Assembly: GCA_964637465.1 (NCBI GenBank)
Contig: CAZWTE010000002.1
Span: forward strand, 1 to 33,148
Origin: an uncultured Gammaproteobacteria bacterium
Lineage (GTDB): Bacteria; Patescibacteriota; Microgenomatia; Daviesbacterales; UBA10151
Direction: 5' to 3'
Length of the DNA stretch: 33,148 bases
Shown here: piece after piece, positions 32,975-33,148 of the stretch
Numbering within the stretch: position 1 is the first letter of the stretch
How the letters are laid out: each line of letters opens with the position of its first letter
Program-made: the position numbers and the translations under genes
The notes under the pieces: model-generated
What the model was told of the DNA's origin: nothing
Seen by the model: the letters and a program-made list of their open reading frames with translations, nothing else
Database searches by the model: none

Positions 32975-33148
32975 AATTAAAATAGTATTTTAGCATAATG
33001 ATTTCTGTTATGAGCTCAAATTAGTATATTGCTTTGATAATTAATTCGATATAGAATCGATATAGAATAAGAAAATCTTAGTTAATTCTTGAGAGACTAG
33101 CTATTAAATGTCAAGAACCGAAATGAATACAACTAAAAGTCCTGAAAA

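Noticed and set aside
1-33148. Alternative genetic code (UGA reassignment), as in some candidate-phyla bacteria
   Set aside because: TGA terminates several well-conserved genes exactly at their expected C-termini. Five ATGA stop/start overlaps in the his operon show this, and no conserved gene is interrupted by in-frame TGA.
33108-33148. Possible plus-strand CDS start (ATG TCA AGA ACC GAA ATG ...) running off the window
   Set aside because: Only 13 codons are visible, there is no clear RBS, and the protein cannot be identified. The support is too weak to list it as a feature.

Overview
This is a 33.1 kb window from an AT-rich bacterial chromosome, roughly 35-42% GC by eye. It uses the standard code: TGA is a stop in several ATGA stop/start overlaps. 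Genes are densely packed. The truncated RF1 and PrmC, the repeat-encoded K/F-rich N-termini and the short GC-rich in-frame inserts remind me of reduced-genome Patescibacteria/CPR-like lineages. That is inference only, since I could not run any search.

Layout:
- 1-5 kb: secreted and quality-control proteases (ctpA-like, htrA-like) and the rpmE-prfA-prmC translation genes.
- 5.1-13.3 kb, minus strand: one very compact, translationally coupled histidine operon, hisG-D-C(fused to a histidinol-phosphatase domain)-B-H-F-I-E. hisS and an EamA transporter are appended, and hisA is conspicuously absent. A roughly 340-nt structured leader precedes the operon; I read it as a tRNA-His T-box riboswitch.
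- 13.8-25.8 kb: housekeeping genes (NDP-sugar transferases, dnaB, tRNA-Leu(CAA), pepN, efp, galU, lgt, a DksA/TraR zinc-finger gene), plus an orphan gene diverging from a PaaX-like regulator.
- 25.8-33 kb: the most interesting region. A tightly packed accessory cassette encodes a HisC-family aminotransferase, an extended SDR, a HydE/PylB-clade radical SAM enzyme, an ATP-grasp ligase and a transketolase, with a convergent SAM methyltransferase. A 48-bp direct repeat that duplicates the 3' end of the DksA/TraR gene brackets the cassette and leaves a displaced gene-end remnant.

Two families of short dispersed repeats occur in intergenic DNA and in-frame inside coding genes: AT-rich CAAAAYTCAAA / AAGTTAAAAG oligo-repeats and GC-rich hairpins. 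I saw no rRNA genes, CRISPR arrays, transposases or integrases.
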